Assembly: GCF_000281045.1 (NCBI RefSeq)
Contig: NW_008246099.1
Location: 306,372-370,371, forward strand
Reading direction: 5' to 3'
Length of the DNA: 64,000 bases
Origin: Saprolegnia diclina VS20
Lineage: Eukaryota
Below the pieces are notes generated by a model. That model did not search any database and was not told where the DNA came from. It worked only from the letters and a program-made list of their open reading frames with translations. Below, piece after piece: positions 46,777-60,151 of this stretch; within the stretch, counting starts at the first letter, position 1; the number at the start of each line of letters is the position of its first letter. Made by a program: the position numbers and the translations under genes.

Positions 46777-49542
46777 TTATGAACACGATGTGCTTTGGTG
46801 CAGTGGCAAGACGTCGCCGTGGCCTTGCAGCACAAACGACGCGCGCGAGTCCTTGACATGCTGCGCGACGTGCGCCATGCGCTACGTGGATGCCCAATGT
46901 CAATGGCATTGAGAATCGAGTTGTCTGTACCTTGGGCAGCTGGGCGCAGAGGTCGTGGCGGTAGCGCTTGTACTCGAGGTCGAGGTGCAGTAGTGCGTCG
47001 TACCGCGCAAAGACCGAGAGCGACGCGAGGCTTGGCGACGCAGCTTCCTGAAAGAGCTGCTCCGCGTCCTCCATAGTAGGAACCTCGACATTGGTCTCAT
47101 CTTCATTGTCGCTCTCACTGTCGCTGAGAACTTCGACGCTGTTGCACGTCGGCGTGACAAGCGGCGGCGCGACCGACGGAAGGTCCCAAAGCCGCCGCTG
47201 GTCGCGCGTGTCGAGGGTGCAGTGCCATGCCGTGTGCAAATGGTACGGCACAATCGTGCTCAGCGAGATCGTTCCCGGCGTATCGCCGACAAGAGAGACC
47301 ACGGTGCGGGGCACATTCCGCGCCCGCAGCTGGGGCCGTAGCGCATAGGCGGGGTCTGTCGCCAACGGCGTCGCCCCCAACGGCGTGTAGATGCGAGGCG
47401 ACGCCGGCGGAAGGCAGAAGAACGTCGGGCGCAGGGCGATCGGCCACTTGAGCTGCGACGCAGGGACCACCACGAGAAGCTCCGTGTCTCTTGGCGCCGC
47501 GATCGCTCGGGGCGCGCGGGTGCCGGCTTCGTGCTGCGCGCCCGACCGCATCTTGCGCTGGAGCTCCAAAGGAGCGTACTGCGGAATGGAGAGGAGCGGG
47601 TGTGGCTTGTAGCCCGTGACGTCGGCTTCGTGCGGCACGTGCAGCGGGAACAAGCCAAAGTCGGTGAACGCCGTCTCGATGGTCGTCTCGACGGGAAACC
47701 GGAGTCGCGAGTCGCTCTCCATGTAGACAGGAAACGAGCGGAGTTGATAGGACGGCACGATGGCAGTTGCCTGCAGCTCGGACGACCCGAGCGCAGTGAG
47801 CTGCTGCCGAGAGGCCACCGCAGAGGTCGAGACATTCATGAGCGCTAGCTTCCAATCGCTACAGATGACGTTGGCGACGGCCAAAATCGTTCGTGGTACG
47901 GACCGTTCGACCATGCGCCGGACTTCGGCACGGGTCGTGGCACTGCCAAGCCACGCTTGGATCTTGCGCAGGCGCTTGGCGACGCGGAGCCGAAGGATGC
48001 ACCCCGAGACGACCTGGATGAAGCGGGCCAGTGCCTACCAACAGCGTTACTCTCGTGCAGCGATAGACGAGTCTACGCGCTTGCGCTTGGCCCACAAGTC
48101 GTTCTTGTACTCGTTGAAATCTGGCAACGTTGCGGGAGTCAGCAGAGCCGGAAGGACCGAGCGCATCGGCGGGGTCGACTGCGCCGAGCTGCCATGGCTG
48201 TGGAACGTTCGCCGAAGCAGCTCGCGCTCTTTCGCAGCCTTCTCGGCCGCGTTGGCGTCGCGCACCCGCTGGATTGTCGTGGTGCTCTCAGGCGCCAAGA
48301 GATCGTCCCCAATGTACTCGCGGTTGCTTTGGAACTCGAGGTCCTTCTCCATCTTGTTGATGTCTTGGAGGTCCTATCCATTGTCAAATGTTGGCAGATT
48401 GAGAGCGGGCGGTGTACTTGCAGAAACACGAGCTCCTGGAGCTGGCGCGTCGTGGGCTTGGCCGCCACCGTGGCTTCCATGTAGATGACGTCGAACGAGA
48501 GCCGCCCGCCGGCGCTGCCTGTCTTTTGCCGGAGCGCTTCTTGCTCGGCCTTTTGGCGCTTGCGCAGCGCGCGGTTCTCGTCGATCGCTTTTTTGAGGTC
48601 CTTGGGCTTGAACTTGCCGGCTTGTTGCGTCAAGATGAAGGTGGTCGCACTCACGCTGTCGAGGTGCTTGGGAATCTTGAGCCCGTCAACGATGGTTTCG
48701 GTCGGGAGCGTCATTTCCAGCGGCTTGGCGGCTGGCTTCTTGGGCAGCAACCGCGGTGGCTCGGTCGCACTGGCCTTGTCGTCTTTCTCGGGCGCCATCT
48801 CGACCTTGGCTTCTTCGTCGCCGCCGTCGACGGCGGCCTGGAGACCCGGCGACGAGAAGCCTGAGATCGTACAGTGCTTGGGCGTGAAGTTGAATTGAGC
48901 AATGTGAAGCTCAATCTCCGAAAAAACGTTGGCGAGCACGATGGGCTGGAACTGCACCGTGATATGCGCCGTGCCGTTGGCCGGAATGATGCCGCTGATA
49001 GGCTCGACACGAATCGAGCTATGGGCTTTGAGCACCTCAATGCGAAACTCAAACTCAATCGGGACACTGCACGTGAGCTGCAGCACGCGTTGGGCGACAT
49101 GGCCCAGCGGCGTCGCGCCAAAGTGGATGCTCGATGGGAACGCGACCTTGTTGACGACCGGGTACCCATGGATCGGGATGATAAAGTTGCCTTCCGCGCT
49201 ATGCACATGGATGCACTCGTAGTAGTACTTGTGCTCGGTCGGCGTAAACGCAATGAAGATTTCCTCGCTCATGCCGGCGTAGATATTGCCTTTGCGGTCG
49301 TACTCGACGCGGAATGGCGCCGCCGTCGGCACGAGGAGGTGCAAGCGCGTCGTCGACGTCGACTTGTTGAGGATGCGCACGCGCTGCGTGTGCGTCACGC
49401 CCAGCGCAAAGCCGCCAAAGTGCACGGACTGGGGCACAGCCTCGAGCACCGCGTTGCGTCCGACGAGGCCAAATTGCTGCGACACGAGCGGCCGCAGCAG
49501 CTTGGGGTCCGTCGGCGTCGCCCGCGCCGCAACGAGGTCCAT
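46777..49542 (-). CDS. CFAP221: CFAP221/PCDP1 (central-pair ciliary protein with ASH/Ig-like domains); multi-exon
   Basis: VHFGGFALG...FTPTEHKYYYECIHVH...IIPIHGYPV...IHFG...CSVPIEFEF...PISGIIPANG...IAQFN, then ELVFLQ and LSDSESD. Confidence 0.8.
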
Positions 49543-50309
49543 CGTGCGTCCTTTCGCCGCGATCTTGCCGACTGCAACGCTTGCTAAATTCGGCACCCGC
49601 GACTTCAATTCGGCATGTACCGTACGATCGACCACAACGCCGAGCGTCCATACCAGCCGCTGCATGGACGCATGAGCTGCTTGTGCTGATGATGGACCAG
49701 CAGACAGGCGACTTGGCAGAGATTTTGGCTCTGAAAATGCACATCAATCCGGTGTCGGCGGTCGCGTCGAAGCTTGCGCAAGGTTGTCATGGGACATGCG
49801 GATGGCGTGTTCCTGCTGCAATTGCTGCCGCTGCCGTGGGCCTGCAGAGCTGCAAGGTGCGCTCGCCGCATCTTTGCCCGCGCCTCGAAGCTTGCTACGA
49901 GGCCCATTTTTTGCGCATGCGGCGATCGATGTGCTTCTTGATGATGAATGAGCTGCTTTCTCTAATCCGCCGGCTTCTCGAAGCTGGCAGCTTGAGGCCG
50001 GTCGGCGTTATTAACACTTGAAACACTGAGATTCGTTTTAATTTGTTAATAACCGATTCCGCCTCGGCAGGAGGAGGGGTCCCATAGCATCTATGGAGAG
50101 TATTTGCTATTGCAAGAGCGCTCTATGAAGATAGCCGCACCGGTGCTGGAACGCACATCTACGCTAGCTCTTCATGGACAGGCACCAGTACTCTCTGCCT
50201 CGCAACATTTAACATTAACGAGGTGTACTCTAGAAAAGGTTGTCATTAGTTAAGTCTCCTTGAAGCTCCGCCATCCCACATTTCGATCAGCCGTTGCCAT
50301 CCTCGCCCC

Positions 50310-52591
50310 ATGACCTCGCAAAAGCAGCTCGCGATCGCCGCCGCTGCCGCCGGCGCCGCCTACCTCCTGGACCGGCAGACGCTCGTGTCCCACGACATCA
50401 CGGAGCATGCGTCGCTCATCGGCGTGCTGCTCAAGATGCGGTACCTCGCGTACCGCAACACGCGCATTCCGGACATTTGGGAGGACCTCGTCGACGCGCA
50501 TCCGTCCAAGGTGCTCATCGTCTTTGAGGGCCGCGAATGGACTGCGATGGAGCTCGACACCCTCACGAACCGGGTTGCGCACTGGGCGATCCGGTCCGGC
50601 CTCACGCCTGGGTCTGTCGTCGGTCTGCTCATGGAGAACCGCCCCGAGTTTGTCGCGATCTGGATGGGTCTCGCCAAAGTCGGCGTCGTTGCAGCGCTCA
50701 TCAACACGCACGTGGCGTACGATGGTCTCCTCCACTGCATCAAGATCTCGAAAGCGTCAATCGTCATCTTTGGCGCCGAGTGCTCGGCCAAGATGGACTC
50801 GGTCGCGGACCAGCTCGCCGATCGCAGCCTTGTCTGCTACAGCCCGGGTACTACGTCAGCGACAACGATACGCGGTGACTCACACGGCCTAGATGCGACG
50901 CATACCTCGCTGCCGAGCTACGCGACGTCGCTCAATGTGGCGCTCCACGAGGTCTCGTGTCGTCGCCCGCCGATCGCCATGCGCGCCGGAGTCACGACCA
51001 ACGACATGGTGCTCATGATCTACACCAGCGGCACGACCGGGTAGACCGTCTTCTCCCTTGTCCGATGTGCTTGTTTCGATCCATTTGCCAATAGGTTACC
51101 TAAGGCGGCGCGGATCGAGCACTCGTCCGTGATGCTGCGCTCGATGGCCATGGTCAACAAGACGGGCGCGACGTTGCACGACCGACTCTACTGCCCGCTG
51201 CCGCTCTACCACACGTCAGGCGGCAACCTCGCCGTTGGCATCATGCTCTTTGCCGGCACGACGCTCGTCCTCTCGCGGCAGTTCTCGACGTCGCGCTTCT
51301 GGGGCGAAGTCCGCACCAACAAGTGCACCATGATCCAGTACATTGGCGAGATGTGCCGGTACCTCCTCAACGCGCCGCCGAGTGCGCTCGACCGCCAGCA
51401 CCACGTACAACCCTCGCCCTCTCTATGCTCTTCTACAGTGCGATGTAGGTGCGCATGGCAGTCGGCAACGGGCTCCGTCCCGACATTTGGTCGCCGTTCC
51501 AAGACCGCTTCAACATTCCCGCCGTCTGCGAGGTAGCCACATGTCCTACTCCAACACCAAAAGCAACCCCAAGGCTAGTTTTACGGCGCGACCGAAGGCG
51601 TCGCAGGCTTTATGAATGTGTGCCGCGACCGGGCCGAGCGCGGTGCGTCACACCCTGGATAGCACGGATCACATCAAGATGCGTAGGGCACCTGGGCAAG
51701 ACAGGGGCATTTGCCAACTTTATTGCGGGCTACGCGGTCGTCGAGTACGACGTCGAGAACGACGTGCTCGTGCGGTAGATGCTGCCCGAGACGACGATGA
51801 CGTTATTGTGCACGTTAGTGGCCCCGATGGCTTTCTCAAGCAGTGCCCGTTTGACCACGTCGGCGAGCTTGTCGTACGCGTCCGCATGCACGACCCGTCG
51901 TTCAAGTTTCAAGGCTACTACGACAACAAGGAAGCCGACGCAAAGAAGCTCGTGCCCAACGCGTTTTCCAAGGTACATGCAAAGCTGCTGCTCTGCAATA
52001 GACAGAGGCGCGCGTAGGGGGACCTCTACTTTCGAACGGGCGACCTCTTCCGCTACGACCACGCCCGCCGCTGGCATTTCATGGACCGTGTCGGCGACAC
52101 GTTTCGCTGGAACGGCGAAAACGTTGCGACGAGCGAGGTGGCCGAGACCCTCTCATCGTTTCCCGGGCTCTCGGGTACATTAGCAAAGTGGCGTCCATAC
52201 TATGATGCCTGCTAGACATTTGCGTCTACGGCGTCGCCGTGCCCAACCGCGACGGCCGCGCGTGCATGGCGGCCATGGTGTTCGAGGACCTCGACCTCGA
52301 TGCGTTCGCTGCCTTCTGCACCCTCAAGCTCCCGTACACCGGCACCTTTGACGACGACAAGGGTTGACGTCGAGGCGTAGGTCGTACGCCGTGCCCCGGT
52401 TTCTGCGGCGGCTGCCCGCAATGGCCGTGACTGGCACCATGAAGCACGAGAAGGCCAAGCTGCGTGCGCAGGGCACTGACCTGACCAAAGTCGACGGCGA
52501 CGCGCTCTACTACCTGGACAAGGCCAACGGAACGTTTGTACCGCTGACGAGGGACAACTACCACCACGTGCTGACGTCCTCCCGCCTTTGA
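50310..52591 (+). CDS. Long-chain fatty acid transport protein / very-long-chain acyl-CoA synthetase (FATP/SLC27 family); multi-exon
   Basis: [69 protein letters not shown] and GRACMAA. Confidence 0.93.
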
Positions 52592-54317
52592 GCGCTGGGA
52601 ATCCAGTACACTAGTATTGTATCCATATCTTGCGAGCCAGTGTTGTGTGATAACGTGCGTGGCGCCAAGTCAGTGCAGAGATCATTGCATCTACAGTCTA
52701 CAGCGCCGGCAGAGCACTGGATCGACGGCCGAGCCGAAAGTCGAGGACGGCAAAAAGGGGCAGGAATCCCTTTGCGACCAAAGTTCAACCCACCAAAGAT
52801 CGCAAGCTACTCGCGAGTACCACTCGAACGGGGCGGCACATCACACGCGCGCAACTGCCGCGGGTCGCAGCCGACAAAAACATCCACGATCTCGGCGCTG
52901 CGACCACCCACAGGTGCAATTATGCCGTGCACGGCCGGCTGAGCGGCAAGAAGATTTGCAATAGGCTTGGAATTTGGTCGGTTGCGTGAGCAGCGTGCAA
53001 GCAAGATGCATCGAACTGGGTTCAACGTCCCGCCCATCTCGCCGCTGTTGCAGAGGAAGGCGATGCGCACCGAGCGGACCGACGCCGACGACGGAAGAAG
53101 CCGCATGTGCTACAAGCTAGGGAACGTATGATCGATCACTAGTGTGGGATGGCCGACGATCGAAATCTACCATCATCAACTTGGCCCACCCCGCCACCGG
53201 TGGTACCGGTACCGGTCAAGCATGCGTGCCATAGACACTGCACGTGTGCGTGCGGTTGACGCATCCGCGTTTGCACTCGTGTCTCGGGTTCCTGCACCCG
53301 CCACGACGCTGACAATCTCGTGCAACAGCATCGCGCGAATCGCCTGCAGGTGGCGCATCGAAGAGGGCGGCTCGTCCACAGTGGTCGGCGAAAGTGAGCT
53401 CGCTGCATCCGAGCAGGGGATCGGCAGTGCGCGTCGCTCATTGGCGCTCGTTCCTTGGAGTGTATGCGATTATGCTAGGCCGACTATTATGCGACAATCA
53501 CCTGGTGGATTTGTTGGCGGGCCACATTTCGTACGGCAATCTCGGATTGTGAACGCGGCATTGGCTGTAAACGTCCGAGCCTGTACCACCCAGGAGCAGA
53601 CGACCGCCATGTCGCGCCGTCCGCTTCCACACATCTTCCTCGTCGTTATCGGGGAACAGACTCGACTCTCCTTTAGCGCCGTCGCGGCCGCGCTCTCGTG
53701 GTCGGGGCGTATCCCACCGCGACTTGGGGGAATTGACCGTCGTCTATTATTGAGTCACTGCAACCACCAGTGTCGCTTGTGTCGCTGGGCATGGTGGACA
53801 GGGCTCTCGGCTTTGCACGAGGCGGACAGAGTTGTGTCCAGGCGTCGGACACGCCACGTGGCTAAATGCACCCAAATGCCTCCCGACGTGTGGTTGGCCG
53901 CTGCGCGTCGTGCGACAACGTCGCCATTGATCACGTTGAGGCGACCGTTTCCAAACCGATACAAACGCTCGTGCAAAGGTCCGTCGTGCCCCTGTGGCTT
54001 GGCTACCGCGTCGCCACCTTTCGGAGGCTGAAAGTTGCGTGCGGTTAACGATCCCGTCGACAGGATTTGTTTTGAAAATTATTGAAATCCTGCGTGTGTG
54101 ACATAAAGTACTGTGCAGAGAACGGCCTGTTTTATATCGGTCGTGGACTTCGACGGCGACCGCGATCCATACAAATACGTAGTCGGCCAAGGGCAAATTG
54201 GGAAAAACTTCGTCGAAGTTCAAACTCTCGCCAAGTGGCGCGCCAGGTGGTGCGCGGATGCGAGATTGGCGAAGCGGTGGGTCCAGTGCATTCTTCCTTT
54301 TACTCCGCCTGCGCAAA

Positions 54318-54713
54318 ATGCACTCGTCGCCGCCGATGATCGTCTTCCTTCTCCTGGTCGCCCACCTCGTCTGCGCGCGCGAGAGCAACCACAGCGCGTC
54401 CTCCTTGAACGCGTCGAGTTTGCACTTGACCGAGTCGGCGTCGTGCCTCGCCATTGACGCCGCGATGGCACCCGTGTGCGGCGACCGCGCGCGCCAGTGG
54501 GAACACAAGTGTGAGAAGCAGTGCGTCCACGCGGTCGAGCAGCTTTTGCGCGCCAACGATGTCGACAACATGTGCCTTGTCGAGTGGAAGGTCGTGCGCC
54601 ACCTGCAAAACACCCAGTGCACCGAGAGTCTCTTTGGCCTGCGCTCGATGAGCGTCACGACGATCGCATCGGCCTTCCTCAGCGTCTTTCTCCTCTTCTC
54701 GTGCACGAGCTAA
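54318..54713 (+). CDS. Small secreted Cys-rich protein, possibly GPI-anchored
   Basis: Hydrophobic N-terminus (MIVFLLLVAHLVCA), six-Cys core and hydrophobic C-terminus (IASAFLSVFLLFS). Confidence 0.55.
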   Translation: MHSSPPMIVFLLLVAHLVCARESNHSASSLNASSLHLTESASCLAIDAAMAPVCGDRARQWEHKCEKQCVHAVEQLLRANDVDNMCLVEWKVVRHLQNTQCTESLFGLRSMSVTTIASAFLSVFLLFSCTS

Positions 54714-54791
54714 GGACGCGGGCGACACCATTGATAGGATAGAATGATATTATTTTAACGCAGTTATAGACGCGCCAATTTTTTTGGCACC

Positions 54792-55277
54792 CTACGACGA
54801 TGCTTTCGACACGAGCGGCTGGCTCGGGTTGTGTTCGAGGAGCCAATGCCCGAGCATCGCGACCGCGTTGAGCCCCATGGGCTTTTCCTTGCAGAGCACG
54901 ATGAGGCCGCGCTGGAGCACGTCCAGAAACGTCTCGGTCCCGACGCGCGTTGTCGTCAAGTACACTTCGGCAGCCGCGCCGCTCGCAATCGGGTCGGGTC
55001 GCCGCACACCTGAAATCGTCGAGTGCAGCTGCGGCTCCTGCGTGGGGCTAACGACAAAGAGAAGGGAGTCCACGAGGCGGGCGCAGTCTAGCGGCGTCTT
55101 GGTCAAGCCCGCGGCCGTGAGCTCTTGCTTGGTAAAATTGCGCGAGAAGACGAGGTTCTTGGCCGTCTGGGTGGCGACAACAACGACGCCCGCGGGCTCG
55201 ACGTCGTGCACGGCGACGTGGTAGTCGTCGCCGTTGAGGAGCAGTCCCGTGCTGTAGAGCGGGCCAGGGCGCTGCAT
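54792..55277 (-). CDS. Dpy-30-motif-containing protein
   Basis: The C-terminal VLQRGLIVLCKEKPMGLNAVAMLGHWLLEHNP matches the Dpy-30/RIIa-like dimerisation pattern. Confidence 0.7.
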   Translation of the reverse strand: MQRPGPLYSTGLLLNGDDYHVAVHDVEPAGVVVVATQTAKNLVFSRNFTKQELTAAGLTKTPLDCARLVDSLLFVVSPTQEPQLHSTISGVRRPDPIASGAAAEVYLTTTRVGTETFLDVLQRGLIVLCKEKPMGLNAVAMLGHWLLEHNPSQPLVSKASS

Positions 55278-55334
55278 GGCTTTGGCAAAAACGACTTTGA
55301 AACTGAGATTTTGTTGCTATTTTCGGCGCGCAGC

Positions 55335-58300
55335 ATGACGACGCCGCATGTGGACGCGGCGCCGGGCCATGGCCATGGTACAGCGGTCGTCCTTGACCGC
55401 ATCTCACTCGTTCGTATCTTGGGTGCACAGGCGGCGACGCCAAGAAGACCAAAATCACGCTGACATTGGACGTTGCAATTGACGACAAGCTGCTCGTGAC
55501 ACCCAGCTTTCGCTACAAGTTTATCGACGGCAGCAAAAAGGCGACACCGGTAGGAATCCCACCCATGTATGACTCCTTGCACGATGTGCGGCCTAGCCGG
55601 TGGGGACGTGGGCGCCGGCCATCACGCCGCATGCGGTGGCAAGCACGGCGACCGATGCGAGCGCCAAGCTAGTCGTCGTCGACCGGCGCAGCAGCCGCGC
55701 GCTTCCCGTCGAAAGCGGGAGTGAGCCACCGCCAGAAGTAAAGCTACTCCGCTACGAGCACCATGTGCCCGACATGGAAATCACCGAAGCAATGGCCGTC
55801 AAGCTGCACGAGAACCCGGTGGTGACGTTCTTCTTGTGCGACCACTCGCCCACGCAGGCGACCGCCGTCAGTGGCGTTGGCCGCAATTTTCTCTCGTTCT
55901 TTGAAGTCGACTTGAGCCCGCTTCTTGGTGGCGACACGGCCGTCGAGTGCGCGTGGGGCGAGCTGCCGAAGGAGAGCGCGTCCAGCGCCTTGTCGCCGTG
56001 TGTGCCGTTTGTTTCCGCGCCGGGACTGCGGTCGTTCATCGTTCGCATCAAAACGGACGTCGGGCTCCTTCCGGCGAAGCGCGCGCAGGCACTCAACCCC
56101 CTCACCCTCCACGTGCGCAAGGCGACGCACCTCCCGGGCATCACCGTGAGCGCCAAACCTTTGTACCAGTACATCACGCCGACGCCCTATACATCGCTCA
56201 CAAAGTGCTGCGCTCCTGCGTACGCGTCCATGCGCTTCCTCAACCAACGGCTCGTTCGGACACCCGGGCTTCTTCAGGTACAAACGAGTACGATCCCTAG
56301 CCCCTAACCCTCAGCTCTCAGGGAAAATCGGTCGCGTGGCAGTTCAAGACGACCTTTCTTTGTGGCCACTTTGAGTGGCTCGCTCTCCAGGAGAACTTTG
56401 CATCGGGGCACGTACTCGTCGAGGTGCACGATCGAGACGTGCGCCTCGAGAAGGCGTACGAGTCGCTTGTTCACAAGTGGGAGGGTCTTCTCGCTGGCAA
56501 GCAAGTCGGCGACGAGCACGCGCGTCCGCTCGACATCTTTGTCGTCGACGATATCGCCAAGGCGGACATTCAAACGCTCTTCTTCCAGCAGGCGGGCGAT
56601 CGCAACTCGCACGGTGTCGCGACGTTTCGCTTCTACGAGCTGCTCAACGCCGTATCACTATTGAAAACCCACTCGATACATTGATATATATTTGATGCGT
56701 AGACGCATTTGCGGCCCAGCAGCGAAGGACCGTTTCTGCAGCTCAAATTTGCCGCCGACATTGTGCAGCACAAGCGACGTCAGCCGCCAAAAGAAGGCAC
56801 GGACGACGCCGAAGATGACTTGTCTCAGGTACTCGACACAACCCAGTTGCTATCAAACCTTGGATAGGTGGAGAAACTGGTGCGGGTGCCGGGCGCGTAC
56901 CTGAGCCACAATTCGACGCTTCACCTTGATGCGACCTTGGCCTTCCCGCTGCTCAAGCCGACGCGGCGTCCGTCATTAGTGGCGCCGGCGTCGGACAATC
57001 GCAGCCTCTTCAGCCGCCTCGTGCTCGTGGTGCCGTACGACGACACGGAGTCTGTCCAGGCAGTGTCTCGGGCAATGGAAAAGGTCAATGGCGCGGCGCT
57101 ACCCGGCGCACCCCTTCGGTCCTATCAGCTCACACCGACGCAGAAGCAAGCGGCCGATGCCGGCGAGCTCAACATACTCACGGGGTTTCAAGTGCTGGAC
57201 ACGGACCTGCGCATGATCGTGCTGGAAGGGCTTGCGGAAGCGGGCATGGCGGTTGCCCACGCCAGCATCCCCCGCAGAGGTCCCAACGCCCAAGACGGGT
57301 ACCGCATGTTTGCCAACCACGACGTGCGCTTCTCCCAGCGCCTCTACGCTGCGTTCGACGTTGACCTCAAGCGCATCAAGCTGCGAGACCCGCTGCCCGA
57401 TATCATCAAGCGACCCGAGCTGTACATGCGCTCCAAAGTGTCGGAAAACTGCTTCCAGGCGCTCAATCGCCTTCAGGACGTTCGCAAGGTACTCTCCAGC
57501 GTGTACTAGGTCAAATGGGACACGAGTCTGTCCTAGGCGAGCCGCCTCGTCGAGCTACGGGACTTGGATCTCTTTCCCCTTGTGTCGATGCTGCTCGAGG
57601 TCGAGAGCAAGTACGGCGAAAGCATTACGCTTGAAGACATTCACGGTATCGACAATGGCCACGTCGCATTGCCCCGGCGCATGACGCTGGAGAGTATCGA
57701 CCAAGACGTGATGAAGGCTACAAAGACTTCTCTATCGGCGACCAAGCACCACTCCCCCCGCAGCTCCGTGCGCCTCAAGGCCGCCACGGATGCGAGCAAC
57801 CCCAATTACGAGCAAGCCAAGCGCGAGTGGCAGCCCAAAGATTACGTCGACGAACGCCGGTCCATATCCCCATCCCACATCCCATCGTGTTCAACAGCAC
57901 GTAGGCGCGAAAATGCGTTGGCGGACGAAGCGTTCGCGGCCGCCAAGGCCAACGAACCGCCGCGCGACGACGCGCCCGTGTACATTTACAGTGGACAAAA
58001 GCTTCGGGTACAGCGCATATATAGGAGCAACGTGTGGTCAAGTGACCTGCGTAGAGCAAAGACTTGGAGAAGGATGCGATGCGCGCCCGGCTCGCCAAGG
58101 ACAGGCATGCGACGTTCACGGACAGCGAAGAGTTCAACTCGCTCACGTGGAGTCTTGTCGACGAAAACAAGCTGGCGCAGATCGCCGAGAGTGCGAGCAA
58201 AGCGCTGTACACAACACCATCCGGGTTTGTGTACCCGCCGCCGCGCCAGCCGAGTGAGTTTTACAAGCACCCAAAGGCGCCGAGCGCCGCGCGCTGCGAA

Positions 58301-58993
58301 GAGCTCTCGGCGCCGTGGATCGAGAATTTGTACCACCCGCAGCCTGTCGAGCGCGACACCGTCGATGTCGGCGCGAAAGCGGCCTTCGACAGTCTTCCCT
58401 CCAAAGATATGATCTTTGGCGGGACGAACGCAGACGGAACACCGAACGTCGAGTACTTCAAGTCGGTGCACCTCGTCGGCGACGGGCTTGCCAAGGAGAT
58501 GGAAGAGGCCAAGGCCAAGGAGCACCAGGAATGGCTCGACAAGCTCGTCGTCGACCACGACAATCTGCGTTTCATTGCGCATGGCGATATCATGGGCCAA
58601 GGCCGCGTCAAGCCGTCACCCTTGGACAAACCGCGCGATATCCTCGACGGCCCACCGCTCTCCAAGCCCATTCGCATCGTCCGCAACGCCAAGCTCCCGA
58701 GCGGCAAAGCTGTGCGTCTCACGGCCGCGCCCGTTTCGATCCTCTGCGGCGATGCGTACACGGGTGGCGCCAAGGCACAGCTTCTGCGGACGTTTGACCC
58801 AACGGGGTTTGTCGCGCAGGACGACGACGGTCGCCCCAAAGACTTTATGTTCCCGTCCGTCACCGAGATCCTCGTACCACGCGTGAACCGCCATACGACC
58901 GTGCTCAAGCCGCGACGAGAGCTCACGTCAGCCGAGCGCACGGGTCTTCTCTGGAAGAACATGGTCGGTACCAACCAAGAGCCATCGTCGTAA
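55335..58993 (+). CDS. Large conserved protein, CFAP92/KIAA1257-like; multi-exon
   Basis: Continuous spliced coding with VEVHDRD, HGVATF, LTGFQVLD...IVLEGLA, RLY..F...LKRIKLRDPL, VYIYSGQKL and GFVYP. The family name is recalled, not verified. Confidence 0.55.
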
Positions 58994-59412
58994 TCATCGC
59001 TTCAACGTGCGTCTCAGCTTGCCACGTTTGGCCACTCTTGGCTGAATACACCCAACATGGAGGATTTTGCACTAGGTCTTTGTATGGATCACTATACGTC
59101 GCGCGATGCCAGCCACGAACGCATGAAGAGGGCCCAAGTTCAAGAGACGAACAGCGCGTGAGGTGTGGATGTGTGTGCAGCAGAAAGAAGATTTCTGCGC
59201 GACCGATAACGCGTCGCGGAAGTTGGAGTCGCAAAGGGTGGTGGGTTTAGACTGCGTGTGGGGCCGAAACCGGTCATTATCCGGATGTTCGAGACCCGAT
59301 TCAAAGAACTTGAGATTTGTATTGGCTCCGAATCGAACTTTACAAGTCGAACAATCGTGGGGCATACAAACGGCGTGATGTGGGGTTCTGTCCGGATGCG
59401 AGGTTTGTCTGG

Positions 59413-59886
59413 ATGGACACAGACGCATTTGCCGTGAGGAAGATGGAGGAACAAGGCCAGGTCGTCCAGCTCACGCAGGAAGAGCATGCTGCCCACATGG
59501 CGCAGATGGAGGCGCAGCTCAAGGTCTTCTGGGCAGGGCAGCTGGCCGAAATGGAGAAGCTCGAGGTCGGCAGCGAGCAAGGTACACGCGATACCGGGCT
59601 TCGGGCATGGACTCACTAGTCCGACCACGTAGACTTCAAGAACCACAACGACCTGCCGCTGGCGCGCATCAAGCGCATCATGAAGTCGGACGAGGACGTG
59701 CGCATGATCAGCGCGGAGGCGCCTGTGCTCTTCGCCAAGGCCTGTGAGATGTTCATCCTCGAACTCACGTTGAGATCATGGGGCTACTCGGAGAAGAACA
59801 AGCGCCGGACGCTGCAGAAGGAAGACATCCAAACCGCGATCCGCAACACGGATATTTTTGACTTCCTCGTCGACGTGATCAACTAA
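59413..59886 (+). CDS. NFYC: NF-YC / HAP5 histone-fold CCAAT-binding subunit; intron 59582-59632
   Basis: [50 protein letters not shown]...[10 protein letters not shown]...FDFLVD. The start may be 59443. Confidence 0.93.
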
Positions 59887-60151
59887 GCGCTCCATACGCC
59901 ATCGTGGTACCGACAACAAGAACACACCTTATTACTCCTCTGTTCCATATTGATTGTCCACCTCGGCGTATAATTGGCGGAATTTTTCTAATTTTGCTCT
60001 GTTTGGCACGCTGATTGGATGAATCGAAGGCGCGTGATCTCCTCTACGATTGGCTCTTTGCGGCGATCGAATCCGAGCTGTGGTCGGGGAGAAATTGCAA
60101 CTTGAAGCTCGTGCGTCGGTCTGGGAATCCTGGGTTTTTTACGCCACGCCC

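Noticed and set aside
52620..54300. Possible degenerate gene remnant (295-aa and 319-aa ORFs)
   Set aside because: No identifiable family or consistent coding signal.
49575..55325. TTGCTA hexamer near the starts of CFAP221 and the CFAP92-like gene as a flagellar promoter motif
   Set aside because: Only two instances of a 6-mer, and it was not seen next to the WDR35 or kinesin starts.
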